This document shows, one piece after another, positions 28,290 to 44,440 of a stretch of DNA of 64,000 bases (the stretch's first letter is position 1; the number at the start of each line of letters is the position of its first letter). The translations under genes and the position numbers were made by a program. Origin of the DNA: Eledone cirrhosa. Taxonomy: Eukaryota. The stretch covers positions 279,000,001-279,064,000 of the forward strand of contig OZ024741.1 of assembly GCA_964016885.1 (NCBI GenBank), read 5' to 3'. The notes below the pieces were generated by a model. The model worked only from the letters and a program-made list of their open reading frames with translations, was not told where the DNA came from and did no database searches.

Positions 28290-29640
28290 TTTGTTGTTGT
28301 TGTTGGTGGTGGTGGTGGTAGTGGTAGTGATGGTGAATATGGTGGTGGTGGGGGTTGATGGGGTGCGATTATGATGGATGAAGCAATGGTGTGGGTGGCA
28401 GTTATGATGGGGGAAGCGGTGATGGGACTGGTAGTGATATTGGTGAGGTGGAGGCAGCAGTGATGATGGTGGTGGCGGTGACGGTGATGGTGGTGGTGAC
28501 GGTGATGGTGGTGGTGGCGGTGATAGTATTGGTGGTAGTGGTGGCGGTGATGGTGGTGGTGGTAGTGGTGGTAGTGGTGGTAGTGGTGGCGGTGGTGGTG
28601 GTGGTGGTGGTAGTGGTGGTAGTGGTGGTAGTGGTGGTGGTGATGGTAGTGGTGGTAGTGGTGGCGGTGGTGGTAGTGGTGGTAGGGGTGGCGGTGGTGG
28701 TGGTAGTGGTGGTAGTGGTGGTAGTGGTGGTGGTGATGGTAGTGGTGGTCGTGGTGGCGGTGGTGGTAGTGGTGGTAGGGGTGGCGGTGGTGGTGGTAGT
28801 GGTGGTAGTGGTGGTGGTGATGGTAGTGGTGGCGGTGGTGGTAGTGGTGGCGGTGATAGTATTGGTGGTAGTGGTGGCGGTGATAGTATTGGTGGTAGTG
28901 GTGGTGGTGGTGGTGGTAGTGGTGGTGGTGGTGGTAGTGGTGGTAGTGGTGGTCGTCGTCGTGCTAATATTATTAATGATTTTCTTCGTACTAATATTCC
29001 AAACTCTAATTGTAATTGTCGGCATTTTCTGCTGTTTTTTTTTTTTGTTTTGTTCTTTTTTTTTGTTTTTGTTACGTCGAAGGTTTTAAGTTAATTAATC
29101 GTTGCACTAATCACCACAATCAACATCAACAACCATCACCACTACTTACAATAGCAACAACAACTACAACAACAATGTCACTGTTAGTAGCTTCACCCCT
29201 ATCGTGACTAAAATCACCAACGCCATTTTACCCAACACCACCGCTACTAACACCAGAGAAACAGCAAACAAACCCCACCAACAACAACACCAACACCAGT
29301 ACTAACACCCTGTACACTAGCATCAGTACTAATGTCCACAATAGTAGTGATGGAAATAAAGATCAACTCTAAAACAAACGCCATCGATAAAACAATGATA
29401 ATAACTAATAATAACAACAACAATTCCATCGCCGTCAACACCAACAGCAACAATAGCATCAACAATACAACACCAACAATAACAACGACACTAAAACCAA
29501 AACTACCATCAACAGCTGAACCAACAATAAAAACAACCACAACAACCACAACAATAACAACACCAACAGCACAAACAGCAACAGCAACAATACCAACACT
29601 AACAATAGCGACAACAATAACAACAATATCAACACCAATT
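28290..29640. repeat. (GTG/GTA)n tract (28300-28960) and degenerate (CAA)n tract (29100-29640)
   Basis: Directly visible; source of the poly-V and poly-T ORFs. Confidence 0.9.
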
Positions 29641-30763
29641 TGGTGTTAATTGATATAGAGAGAGGGATTTCTTGTAGCGTTTTGTTGTCGCATATAATGT
29701 TTTTTAAAATATAAAATAAAATAATTATTAGACTCTCCGGCTGCTGTATCAATATGAATCACTTATAATAAAATTTCGCCGGAGATAAGTTACCAAAAGT
29801 TAATAAGCGGGGGGAGGGGGTTATGATTATTCAAGACGTGAGAGTACGTGAATTATTGACGGGTGTAAGAATGAAAACTCAATACCGAAATAGAGTTTAA
29901 ATATTCATTTATTTTGGTTAAGTGATGAGCCTTGTTAGAGCGGGTAAGTGGCAGAGTCGTTAGAATGGTGAATTGGCAGGGTCGTTTGGGTGGCGAATTG
30001 GCAGAGTCGTTAGGGCGGCGAATTGACAGGGTCGTTTGGTCGGCGAATTGGCAGGGTCGTTTGGGCAGCGTATTAGCAAAATCGTCATTAGGGCGGCGAA
30101 TTAGAATTTGTTCCGGCTCACTGCGCGTTGAATTCAAATCCCGCCGAGGTTAACTTTGCTTGTCAACCTTTCCAGGCCGGTAAATAAAGTACATGTCCGA
30201 TACTGGGGTTGATTCTTTCTTAATCTCTCTCCATTTCGTTCTTAGTGTTCACACCTGGAGAGAGACATCACCTTCATCAGTTACTTTTTACTCCATTGAT
30301 TCTATTGTCTACCACTCTTTTATTTTTACAAAGCTGAAAGTTTTTTAATTAAAAAGAAATCTGATGTAAAAGGATCAAGAATTGTTACATACTGTATCAC
30401 ATCATCATCGTTTTTACGTCGACGTTTCCATGCTGGCATGGGTTGGAGGGGACATTTTGAGGCAATATTTTACAACCGGTTGCCGTTCTTGACATCAACC
30501 CTTTTAGTCGTTTCTTACAACACGCATGGCTACGTTGTAATTATTCTAAACCGGATACGGATAGCTTGTGTCGCAAAAATAAAATAAATTATATAATTAA
30601 AAGAAGTACCGGAGCTGCGAACTATCGATTCAGAGAAGTTCCAGCTCTACCTGAAATGATCCCGTGATCTCCGAGTAACGTTACTCCCAGCACCCTTGTG
30701 AGGAACCCCTATCGGCCGCCTGTATTCTCGATCCGAGGTAAGTTACCGCTGTAAGCAGTATTA

Positions 30764-31049
30764 AAAAAGTCTAAAGTCTGTCTTAAGCCAGAAGGCTCAT
30801 TTGGCCGGGGCTTATCCCGGTTTCATGGCGTGAAGCGACTGAGAGTACAAGACTGCTCCCTGGACAGGACCCCAGTCCATCGCAGGGTTAAACCCCAGCT
30901 ATTACTGGTACTCATTTTCAGCTGAGTATACTGGCGCAACGTGAAATGAAGTGTTTTGCTCAAGAACACAACACGCAACCCAGGAATCGAACGCACGACA
31001 TTATGATCGTAAGTCGAACACCCTTACCACTAGCCCACGTGCCTCCATA
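30764..31049 (-). mobile_element. Full-length tRNA-derived SINE with CORE-like domain and 12-bp TSD
   Basis: TSD taagcagtatta at 30752-30763 and 31050-31061; minus-strand A-box gggctagtgg, B-box gttcgattcc, cttgagcaaaacacttcatttcacgttg domain, (actttag)-like tail. Confidence 0.88.
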
Positions 31050-31363
31050 TAAGCAGTATTAGTACTACCGAACTGGTTCTTTAGAACACCAAGTTCAGTT
31101 CAATCCACAGAATACATCGTACCCTGAACGCAACAGAGACCGGATATAAGTACTGGCAGCACGGCTGCGCAAATCTGTGAAAGGACAAAATATAATAATA
31201 TAAATAGAGATTACTTCAGTTGTTAAAAACTGAGTTTATTATAAAGGTCGTTTGTCTACATAATGCGTGAATGTGCCATTCGAACCTGGATATCAACCCA
31301 GAACCTTGGAACTCTTCCCTCACGGATTACCCAGTGTTCAGATTGCTGGCCCTTTGAACTGCT

Positions 31364-33651
<2,288 letters not shown>

Positions 33652-33741
33652 ATAAGCTAGGTTTATCCCGGGTTCAATCGGGGGTAACCACAGTAAGTAA
33701 GGTATTCAATACATAGCAGAGTATAAATATTTAATATAGAA

Positions 33742-33797
33742 ATGGCTTCTACAGGACTAGAACTATTTCATTTGGGAGAAATCATCAGGAAGCCATA
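33742..33797 (-). ncRNA. Type I hammerhead ribozyme, family C
   Basis: Minus strand atggcttc-CTGATGA-tttctcccaaat-GAAA-tag-ttctagtc-ct-GTA-gaagccat; 8-bp stem I, GUA triplet. Confidence 0.72.
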
Positions 33798-33982
33798 TAT
33801 ATATATAATAAAGAAGGTGTGGTAAGGCACCGGAGTACTCGATACTTAGGGTAGTAGAGTGGGTAATATGAAAAGAGTCAGGACCCCGACGGCTGAGCTC
33901 CGGCCGTTTCGATAGCTAAATCCGAAATGTTCGGATCTAGCTGTCGAAACGGCCGGAGCTCAGCCGTCGGGGTCCTCACTTT

Positions 33983-34019
<37 letters not shown>

Positions 34020-34741
34020 TGTGTGTCTGTGTGTCTGTGTGTTATAAATATAAAATGGAATTTAAGTTAAAATACTAGAAATAAAGTTATACTTTAAGAT
34101 TTTTAACATTTTCTTTTGTTAGAAAACATTTCACATCCCATTCTGCCTACTTACCCTAAGCAGTAAGACCATATCATGAAACTGCGAGCCAACAGTATGT
34201 GAGGTGGGGCTGGGGTGGGCTCTATACGGTCGCTCTACCTGCTTTTAATAACAGCCAAATTCCATCAAATCACTACTCGACTGTCTTAAAACACGAAGGA
34301 CACGTTAAACAATGTAGTTCAAGATATATACAAAGAAAAAAAACATGGGTGGTCACGGCTGGAATACGTTTAATCATGACTCTGCTCAATCAAACCTGGC
34401 CTGGATCTAAACAACAACAACAACAACAACAACGCCACTGTGACACTATCAACAGGCAGACAATATTACGGCGCTTATTTCGTTCAAGTATATTATTAAT
34501 ATCGATATATCAAAACCCAGTACGTCCACTCTCTAGTGATGATGAGCGGGGGGAGGTAAGCATAGGAATGGTCTAGTTGGCCTTAGTCAGGTACTAATCA
34601 TTTTAATATTTCACTGAACAATAGCAGATATGGACATCACTATCGATTGCACGACTCTTGCACTGTATAATAAGCATTTGTTTAATAATAGAGATGCCAA
34701 ACGAATGATAAATAGGAGGAAATTAGCGTTCCGTATTGAAT

Positions 34742-34796
<55 letters not shown>

Positions 34797-35846
34797 CTGC
34801 AGAGTTATTGCCAGTCTGTTATTATGAGAAATGATGGGACAACCGCTAATTAACAACAGCCAAGGATAAGTGAAGAAGTGGAGAATCGTGTGTGAAAGAT
34901 GGCAGGGAGAGAGAGAGGGGGAGGGAACGAGGGAGGAAAACAGATATGTTTCGAGTCCAGTTAGCATTTCTTTGAATTGGTAACTGATGTTTTAGGTAAA
35001 ATGCATATAGCAGGAATTATACTATAAAGTTATATCTGCATATATACAGTATAGAGATAACTAAGACTGCGTAAATGTACATATAACTTTACACATTTTT
35101 ACTATCGATCGACAGTCGATCGACTTTCGTCAAATCGGACCGAGGAAACAATGTTTCCATTGGTCTTTCCAGTTCCTAATACTCTCTATCGGTCGCAACT
35201 CCAGGTAGAAGGAGCAACGTGAAATAAAGTGTCTTGCTCAAGGACATACGCCTTCTCTGTATGTTTACTATATAGACTTAAACATGCTAAATATACGTAT
35301 TTCCCTACCACTCTTTTTTTCAGTTTACAGAGAAATGGGTATATCTGGTATGCTTACATGTCTATTTACTAAAAATGTGTAATTTTATATACACATTTAC
35401 GCAGCCTTGGTTACCTCTATACCGTATATATTCAGATATAATTTCGCTGTTTAGCGCACAACTTAATATGTATTATAAATAGAAATGAAATTAATCTACA
35501 TACTACGGATATTCAATGGACCAAAGTTAGTGAACCTCAGTGAGGTTTTTTGTGGGGGGGTGTGTGTGTTCTTTTGTGAATAGAAACAAAGATGATTATG
35601 GATCAGCCGTGTTGCCAAGCTTGTTTCTTGGTGATGGTGGTGGGAGAGAGGGCACTTTAATTTGTAATAATTCTAAGGTGAAGTTTCTGAATAGGCATAT
35701 TACTGTACATTTTTCTAAATATGAGAGCGCACCATTAAAACGTAGGAGAGCAGTGCTGTGGGTATGACTAGGTTTCTCATATTATCTGTTATATTCGAAG
35801 TAAATACATTTATTTCCGAAAACCAATGATAAATGACTTCATCCTG

Positions 35847-35885
<39 letters not shown>

Positions 35886-35914
35886 ATGAAAACAAGAGCG
35901 AAGGGATGAGAGAG

Positions 35915-36075
35915 GCAAACCCTACTCACCAGTCGAGGCGATATATCTCAGCTGCGCTTCGCGGACAAGATGGCGAAAGCATTACAGCAGAGAACAGCCA
36001 GCGACACGCGCTACCTCAGCCACTCCACTTCATATGGCTCTTTCCCCGGGTGGGATATATTCCTTCCAATGCTAG
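35915..36075 (-). pseudogene. Decayed CRE-like RLE C-terminal fragment
   Basis: Minus-strand IGRNISHPGKEPYEVEWLR*RVSLAVLCCNAFAILSA followed by a pyrimidine-rich tail. Confidence 0.6.
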
Positions 36076-36204
36076 AGAGGAAAACGGCAGTTCGGATACC
36101 GTTAAAATACATAAATCTCTTACCCACAGATTCAGCAAATAATATACCGTGAGTTATAGATGTCCATAATAGATCTGATATATAATAACTCATACTAACA
36201 TTGA

Positions 36205-38180
36205 CACAAGACCAGCGGTTGGGAGGGGGGGGGTCGATTAAATTGACTCCAGTACGTTACTGGTACATTATTTTATCGACCTCGAAAGGATGATAGGCAA
36301 AGCTAACATCGGTGAGATTTGAACTTAGAACGTAAAAGGTTGTACCTATATAGCTCAAAACATGTTATCTGATGCTTTACCGATTAAACTAATATTCCAC
36401 CCTTGATTTCTTGATTAGGCTCAAGGCCAGCAATTTGGAGGAAGGGGGAAATCGATTCAATTGAACGCAGTACTACTGGCACTATATTCTATCGACCTCG
36501 GAAGGGTGAAAGACAAAGCTATCCTCGGTGAGATTTGAGCTCAGAATATTAGAAAAAAAAACCCAAATAAATGCTACAAAACAGTTTGTCCGACGCTCTA
36601 TTGATTCTGCTAGCTTACCAATATCTGCTAGTATTATTTTCTAAAATAATGTAGGGTGGTGGATTGGCAATATCGGTAGAGAACCGCATAGATTTGCAGC
36701 ATAGAGTTACGGTGCTTTACGATCTGAGTTCAAAACCCGCCGAGGTTAACTTTGCCTTTCAACATTATGGGGTCGATAAAATAAAGTACCAGTAATGCAC
36801 TGGGGTCAATTTAATCGACTTTCCGCTGCCCCAAAATTGCTGGCCTTGTACCTATATAAGAAACTATTATTTTCTAAAAGAATGTAGGGTGGTGGATTGG
36901 TAGTATCGGTATACCGTTGGACAACATGCTTCGCGGCATAGAGTTACGGACCTTTACATTCTGAGTTCAAATCCTGCCGGGGTTGGCTTTGCTTTTCATC
37001 CTTACGGGGTGGATAACTAAAGCACCAGTAATGCACTGGGGTCAATTTAATCGACTTTCCCTCCCCTTCAAATCGCTGGCCTTGCGCCTAAAGTAGAAAC
37101 AATTACTTTCTAAAAGAATTCAATTAATTAATCCTTATTCGAATGGTGCCTATATCGAATGGTGCCTATATCGAATGGTGCCTATATCGAATGGTGCCTA
37201 TATCGAATGGTGCCTATATCGAATGGTGCCTATATCGAATGGTACCTATATCGAATGGTGCCTATATCGAATGGTACCTATATCGAATGGTGCCTATATC
37301 GAATGGTGCCTATATCGAATGCTACCTATATCGAATGGTGCCTATATCGAATGGTGCCTATATCGAATGGTGCCTATATCGAATGGTACCTATATCGAAT
37401 GGTGCCTATATCGAATGGTGCCTATATCGAATGGTGCCTATATAATTTCCACTTGTTGACAAGGCGAACTTCTTCACCATTCGACCATGCTGCGCACAGA
37501 GAAGAGGTGGGCGGTGGGTAGTAATTGACAGTATCGGTAGAACATCGGTAGAACATCGGGCACCCTTCTTAGCAGCATTGAGTTACGGCCCTGTACGTTC
37601 TGAGTTCAAATCTCGCCGAGGTGAGCTTTACCTTTCATCCTTATAGGGTCGATAAAATAAAGTACCATGAATGCATTGGGGTCGATTTAATCAACTTTCC
37701 CCTCCGTCCAAACTGCTGGCCTTATGGCTATAGTAGAAATCATTATTACAAGGTATGGGCGGTGGATTGGCAGTATCGGTAGAGGGTTGGACGCCATGCT
37801 GACGTATAGAGTTACGGCCCTTGCCATTCTGAGTTCAAATCCCGCCGAGGTTAACTTTGCCTTTCATCCTTATGGGGTCGATAAAATAAAGTACCAGTAA
37901 TGTACTGGGTAATTGCTGGTCTTGTACCAAAAGTAGAAACAATTATTACAAGGTATGAGGGTGGTGGATTGGCAAAAGCGGTAGAGCATCAGACAACATG
38001 CTTCGTGGCATATAGTTACGATCCCTTATATTCTGAGTTCAAATCCCACCAAGGTTAACTTTGACTTTCATATTTACGGAGTCGATAAAATAAAGTACCA
38101 GTAACGTACTGGGTCGATTTTAATCGACTTTCCATTCCCTTCAAATTGTTAGCCTTGTACCTAAATCAGAAACCGTTATT
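36205..38180. mobile_element. Array of about 7 tRNA-SINE copies (2 minus, 5 plus)
   Basis: Repeated head, B-box and core; neighbouring copies share linker sequences. Confidence 0.85.
37139..37443. repeat. 16-bp minisatellite gaatggtgcctatatc, about 19 copies
   Basis: Directly visible. Confidence 0.97.
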
Positions 38181-38671
38181 ACAGGGCGTGACGACCCTGT
38201 CCTACTCGAATCCAAAGCTCGGCCTGCTCCAGTGGGAATTAGACCCCTATCTATGATTACAGAAACCTCTGCTCTCCCCTTGACTTCAAAAGCCTAGGTT
38301 AATTTTCATCCTATGTGGAGAAAGAAAATGTTAGAGGGGGCACAAATGCAGAGTATTGGAACTGAAGGAGGGGGAGGAGGAGGCGGAGGAGGAGGAGAAG
38401 AAGAAGAAGAAGAAGAAGAAGAAGACACTATATCAACGGTTAACTGATAATATTTAAATCAGTGTTGGAGTATTTAGTTTCGTGTTGTGTTGTTCATGTC
38501 AATATATATATATCTGGATATTTATACAATCTGACATGAAACCTTGCCATGGATTTAATATACTGATTACACGTGTGGTGTAGGTGTGTATGTGTGTGTG
38601 TATGTGTATGTGCACATGTATGTAAGTCTGTGTGTGTGTAAGTAGTGCTGTAGAAGCGATTTGCATATTAA

Positions 38672-38704
<33 letters not shown>

Positions 38705-38888
38705 ATATAGAAATCGCTTCTACAGGACTAGAACTGTTTCATTCGCAGGAAATCATCAGGGCTTTCCTGATGATTTCCTTCGAATGAAACAGTTCTAGTC
38801 CTGTAGAAGCTATTTCTATATTAAATATTTATACTCTGCTATGTATTGAGTACCTTACTTACTGTAGTTACCCCCGATTGAACCCGAG
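38705..38888. mobile_element. Family C inverted pair; plus-strand hammerhead at 38761-38810
   Basis: gctttc-CTGATGA-t-ttc-cttc-gaa-t-GAAACAG-ttctagtc-CTGTA-gaagc, mirrored at 38716-38760; similar pair at 40331-40510. Confidence 0.75.
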
Positions 38889-38922
<34 letters not shown>

Positions 38923-39387
38923 GTGTGTGTATGTGTGCGTTGGTGCACATATACGAGTATGTATGTCTGTGTGTGTGTGTACGTGTGCGTTGGTGCACAT
39001 ATACGAGTATGTATATGTGTATGTGTGTGTGTGTATGCATGTGTGCATGTGTGTGTATGTGGTGTGTGTGTGTATGTGTATGTATGCATGCATGTGTGTA
39101 TGTGTGTGTATGTATGTGCGTACAGCGTCCCAATAACTGCCAGTACATCGAAAGGTGCCATCATGACTAGTAAATATTATAAATATATTCAACAGTTAAC
39201 TGGTCATTGCTGTATCAGTGACAGTAAAGCCAGTAAACGTCAACTAATTCAATGATATTGAGACCGACACTCGGAGATATTCTGCCATCAATACTTTATA
39301 TTTAGATTTTAATATTAGAGCAGATTCAACGTTTTTCGCCTTTGGGGTCGGGGTGCTTATTGGCTTCAGTAAATTATTCAACCTTGG

Positions 39388-39446
<59 letters not shown>

Positions 39447-39544
39447 ATGAAATACCAATGATGGTTGGAAAATCACTGACGAAGGACTATTTTTATCATA
39501 TGTAACCCATGTGCAAACCACGCAGTATTCTTCTTTCTTCTCAT

Positions 39545-39601
<57 letters not shown>

Positions 39602-40256
39602 GATAAGCAGAACAAGTAAAATTCAATCAATTTTTCAAAATATATATATATATATATTTATTAAAATAACAGATTAAAGTTTAAGCAAAGAATCGCTGCT
39701 TTCACCCTTAACGGGATCATCTGAAACTAAAAAAATCAATCTGTGAACGCAGAAGTAAATATTTCGAAAAACGTTTCAACCGAAGGAAGACAGGAAGACG
39801 ATACTTTGGTTCGTGGAAACGTTCCCTGGCAAAAATAACGAAGATAATACATCATTATTTGGAGCGATGAGGTTAACTTTGCCTTTCAGCCTTACGGGGT
39901 CGATAAAATAAAGTACCAGTAATGCACTGGGTAATTGCTGTCCTTGTGCCAAAAGTAGAAACAATTATTTGGAGAGGTGAAAACAATTACACGCAAAGAC
40001 AAAACCACGTTTATGGTATAAATGAAGTCGTAGACCAATATTCTATTAGGTGGTTCGTGGAGACGTTCCCTGGCAATGAACGGAAAAAATACGGTTCTTA
40101 TATATTTGATATATATTTATCCTTATCGAGCCCTCTTTGGATTTTAGTCTTCAAATTTATTATTATTACTCTTATATATATACTAAGAGTGAGAAATGAA
40201 ATTTCGTTTCATTTTTTCATTTTTTTCATTTTTTCCCTTTATATATATATATATAT

Positions 40257-40295
<39 letters not shown>

Positions 40296-40717
40296 ATGTG
40301 TTTGTGTGTGTGTGTTTGTGAGAGAGAGAGTCCCGGGTTCAATCGGGGGTAACCACAGTAAGTAAGGTATTCAATACATTAGTAGAGTATATACAAAATT
40401 TCTACGGGACTAGAACTGTTTCATTCGAAGGAAATCATCAGGAAAGCCGTTTCCTGATGATTTCTTACGAATGAAACAGTTCTAGTCCTGTAGAAGTCAT
40501 TTCTATAATAAATTATTGCTCTACAGTTCTTATATATTTGATATATATTTATCCTATCGAGCCCTTTTTGGATTTTAGTCTTCAAATTTATTATTATTAC
40601 TATATATATATATATATCCCCCCACACACACTCTCAAGCGTGAACCTAATACCAACACTGTTTGTAACTGAACTCCTTCTAATTGTTTTTGTTTTTTACT
40701 GTTCCAATATATATATA

Positions 40718-41765
40718 CTAGCAGCAGAACCCAGCGTTGCCTGGGGATGTAAAATAATATCTGCTTTGATGAAAAGGTGTTGATCTTAGCGACTGCTTCT
40801 CGATGACTCATCTATGGCCACACACAGTTGCCCCTGGACTTTAAATGTAGGCATGAAACCGTCTTCCTTAACAATGTTTGCTCCAAACGATGTCATCTGA
40901 AAGGCGCAGTTGTATTTCCGGATATTTTCAAGGAAGTGCTTAGACTCCGCTGTTTCACCTGCCAAATACGTCTTCAATGGCTCAGGTGGATCAAGGAGGA
41001 AAGGTAAGCTGACCTTTCCATTCGCGCAGCACATCCCAGATGGTTCACCTGGCCACTTCATGGCATTGCAGTAGGTGCAAATGGTGGACATATGGCCAAT
41101 GATCACATCAGCATGGGTGGCATAATTGAAGGTTGGGCTATATTCAAACGCCTTAAGTAGCCATCGCGAACTGGAAGGCCTTGAAAGACCATTTCTGGAA
41201 AGGCTTCTTTGAAGATTACTCTGCAACCGATCACGCCTTTCGGGTGATGTCTCCGTAGCCCGGGCAGTGGCCGTCAACATTGCGTTTCTTCTTTGTCTGC
41301 GGACGCGCCGATCCTCCGTTTCAGCAGCGCGTGCAGCGGCCGTGGACATTGCGTTTCTAGTTCGTCTTATTTCGGCATTTTGTAGTGGCTCACTTGCTCG
41401 TCTATTTGTCATACTTCTGCCTCACGCCGTTTTCCGACCAATTTTGTTACTCTTCTTCGGAGTCATTATCTAAAGAGTAGTTTAAGCACATCTGGAATAG
41501 CACCCATGAAAGAGATTAATACAGAGAACAGTATACCCGGATTGTACAAAGTAACCATTTATCGCAGGCTTAAAAAGTTAAAGAATTATCGTTGACACTC
41601 AGTTGTAGTAGATGTCAATAGTGTGAACTGAGATGAACGGAGTCCAATAGGAATAAAACCTGGTTGGAAATTCATGTGTCGGCGAGTTTCTTGAAAATCG
41701 GTCGTAAGGTGTAGCTAATGGCGAAATGTTGAGTGAAATCGTATATAATTTTATATATATACAGA
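40718..41765 (-). mobile_element. Internally deleted Helitron with both termini and the N-terminal part of Rep/Hel
   Basis: 5' A|TCTGTATATATATAAA at 41765; 3' hairpin cccaggcaacgctggg plus CTAG|T at 40718; ORF with C-x2-C..CC-x2-GKV and FLENIRKYN..FQMTSFG..FKVQGQ; upstream ATG at 41466 followed by an in-frame TGA. Confidence 0.9.
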
Positions 41766-42305
41766 TATATATAAAATAGAGAGAAATATTATATATATAT
41801 AATAGAGAGAGAGAGAGAATTAACATACAGATCGATGTAGGAGTGTAGATATTAAGTGATATCGTCTGCTGAGTTAACGGTGAAAGTTTATATGGATTGA
41901 CGATTTCTCCTACATTCGTTCTTTTTCATTAGTAGTGTCTGATGATAGAATGGTGTTGATGTTTCTTAAGATGATTTTACTTAAATATTTTGTTCAATGT
42001 ATTTTTAGCTGATAGAGCGACCAAGAAGTCATTTGTCATTGTGTGGCAATTGTTTTAACCGATTAGAGTAACTATCAACGGGAAATAATTCCTTCTGTCC
42101 CGCTTCTTAGGTATCAAGATTTACTTCCCTTTAATTTGTTTTAACTAAGATTCTGTGTACTTGGTTGACTTATTTTTGAATATTTAATGACCCCCGGAAT
42201 TTAAAAAAAAACGATACGCTGATATATAGAAAACACTCCCCGATGACTAATCTATGAGCCTGTAAAGTTTCATGAAAATTGGTCGTAAGATGTAGGCCCC
42301 TATAG

Positions 42306-42340
<35 letters not shown>

Positions 42341-42607
42341 AATTTTATATATATATACAGATGTATAAGAGATATCAACATGAATGGACCTGTTATTTTT
42401 ATCTAAAGACATTTTTTTCCAATTCCAACCCACTCGTCCCCTCAATCTATCTTATTTCTCATTCTTTCTTCTGATTAAGGGCTAGCGTCCGAAACGTTAA
42501 GACCCTCTTCCTGTTATATCAAGCGTTAACCTAATATATCCCTTCCATATACTGTACCGATTGTGTTGTTATTTCTGTTTACCTTTTACATATATATATA
42601 TATATTA

Positions 42608-42825
42608 ATAGTAATAATAATAAATTTGAAGACTAAAATCCAAAGAGGGCTCGATAAGGATAAATATATTTCAAATATATAAGAACCGTAGAGCAAATAT
42701 TTATTAAAATAACATATTAAAGTTTAAGCAAAGAATCGCTGCTTTCACCCTTAACGGGATCTTCAGAAGATCCCGTTAAGGGTGAAAGCAGCGATTCTTT
42801 GCTTAAACTTTAATCTGTTATTTTA

Positions 42826-42830
<5 letters not shown>
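42608..42830. mobile_element. Family A inverted pair with junction inside the hammerhead core
   Basis: Centre gggatcttc-a-gaagatccc at about 42757-42775. Confidence 0.78.
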
Positions 42831-42889
<59 letters not shown>

Positions 42890-43379
42890 CGAAGTAAATG
42901 TGGTACGGAACCAGATGGACCATAACGCACCAAAGTACTCAATACTTAGGGTAGTAGAGTGGATAATACTACTCGTTCCTATATATATAGGCTCAGCTGG
43001 CTCCAACTTAACACTACTCAAAATTGGCTCCTATCTAGAGTTAGGGACCCCTTCATTTTGACTTCGAAATGCTAGGTAAGTTTTCTCGGCCTGTGTTGAA
43101 GAGGGAGGAGGGGTGGAGCGGGAGGATAGCAAGCAACCTTAACTCCATTAATCAACCTTGTTATAGAACCAACGAGCAGATACAGCTAGCCATGGAGTAG
43201 ACCTGTGGCCAGTCTTGCAACTATACAGAATGGAGATTTCTCGTCGTCCAGTTCTCCATAGAGAGAAAAAGAAACTGAAAAAGTTCGACTCAAATGACGC
43301 AGGAACTATTGAAGAGTGAAGAAGTCCTCTTTAAAATCGTGAGGCTATAATACAACGTGGCACCTTGGGGTAGCATATA

Positions 43380-44060
43380 CTTGCACAACCACATGTCGTC
43401 TGAACAATTATGAGCTTTTTCTATAGTCAATCTATACCATATTCAGGTTTGTCTTGGATTTAGTCTCTGAATACTGTGTTGCCTACGACAAGATTTAGTC
43501 TTTGATCAATATGTTGTCTCTAAGATGACCCTTTGCTCTCATCCATTTTTTTCCTTTTGTTCTAGAGTAAGGAAACTGTTCTATAGTGAGGAAACTAAGG
43601 TGATATGTTTTCTCAGACAATATTCCAGTTAACAGTTCCCAAAGCAAATCTAAACAGGTAATAAGCCTGCAACTTCCATCAACAGGACCTTTCGTAGGGT
43701 CCTTCATAATATGGATGGTCTTCTCTTCAACCATACAACATAGCACCTCACTCTGTACAATATATTCATTAAGATGGATATCAATAAATTGTATGCAGTG
43801 CGTTAAAAGACTTAATCCAGTAACCATGGATGCCGTTGTGTCCTACAGGCTTCCAATTTGGCAATTTTTTAACCTGCATATTGATGTCGTCACTAATGAT
43901 TTTAACTATGTACTGTTTCGATACTTCTTCACTGATTCATTCAGCGTTTATGATACGTTTCACAGATGTTCACACACAAGTCCCAGGTCACTCCAAATGT
44001 TCGTAGTTTCGATAGGTGGATCAGGTGGTAAATCTTTAATATCTTTATTCATGCCCATTA
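43380..44060 (-). pseudogene. Decayed R4/Dong-like LINE reverse transcriptase fragment
   Basis: Minus-strand NWKPVGHNGIHGYWIK, CRLITCLDLLWELLTGIL and NLNMV*IDYRK resemble NWKAPGPD..YW, YRPITCL..WKLLTGI and AWIDYKKA; frameshifted. Confidence 0.65.
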
Positions 44061-44292
44061 TTCAATTTCTTCCCCATCGTCTTCCACTTTAATATCAATC
44101 TTTTCCGCACTGTTTTTAACTTCCATTTCTTACATCTTCGCCTTGTGTTCCTATCACTATTTCCCCTACTGATGCTACTAACACAACTGCCATCATACCA
44201 GCCGCTAATGGTGACTGTATTCTTCACCATTTGTCCTTGTTTTTTTTTTTCATAATTCTTCCCGATGATGAGTCGGAATGACGGCGGCCCGC

Positions 44293-44440
44293 TTGATAAG
44301 GGAGCCCCGTAAGGTGGACTGGTTGTTGCAGCGGGTGTCTTAAACCATTTTCCACGTCAACGCCTTTGCCATTTCGTCCGCGGGACGTGGCTGGGGTACC
44401 GCTCAGGCTAGGGTGTAGCATCTGTCTCTCCCCTTCTCCC
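44293..44440 (+). pseudogene. Decayed CRE-like RLE C-terminal fragment
   Basis: LIREPRKVDWLLQRVS*TIFHVNAFAISSAGRG followed by a pyrimidine-rich tail. Confidence 0.62.

Noticed and set aside
28391-29649. Mucin-like poly-Thr/poly-Val ORFs (also 59157-59613)
   Set aside because: Trinucleotide repeats with no splice signals or flanking coding sequence
30630-30745. Possible exon ending at gag|gtaagt
   Set aside because: No convincing acceptor or recognisable peptide
35930-36071. Minus-strand exon with good splice sites and in-frame TGA/TAG (selenocysteine or editing readthrough); TGAGGTAG let-7-like seed
   Set aside because: Stops occur in all frames and it is homologous to three other decayed CRE-like fragments; the rest of let-7 does not match
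37143-37521. MVPISNGAYIEWCLYR repeat peptide precursor
   Set aside because: 16-bp minisatellite reading through all three frames
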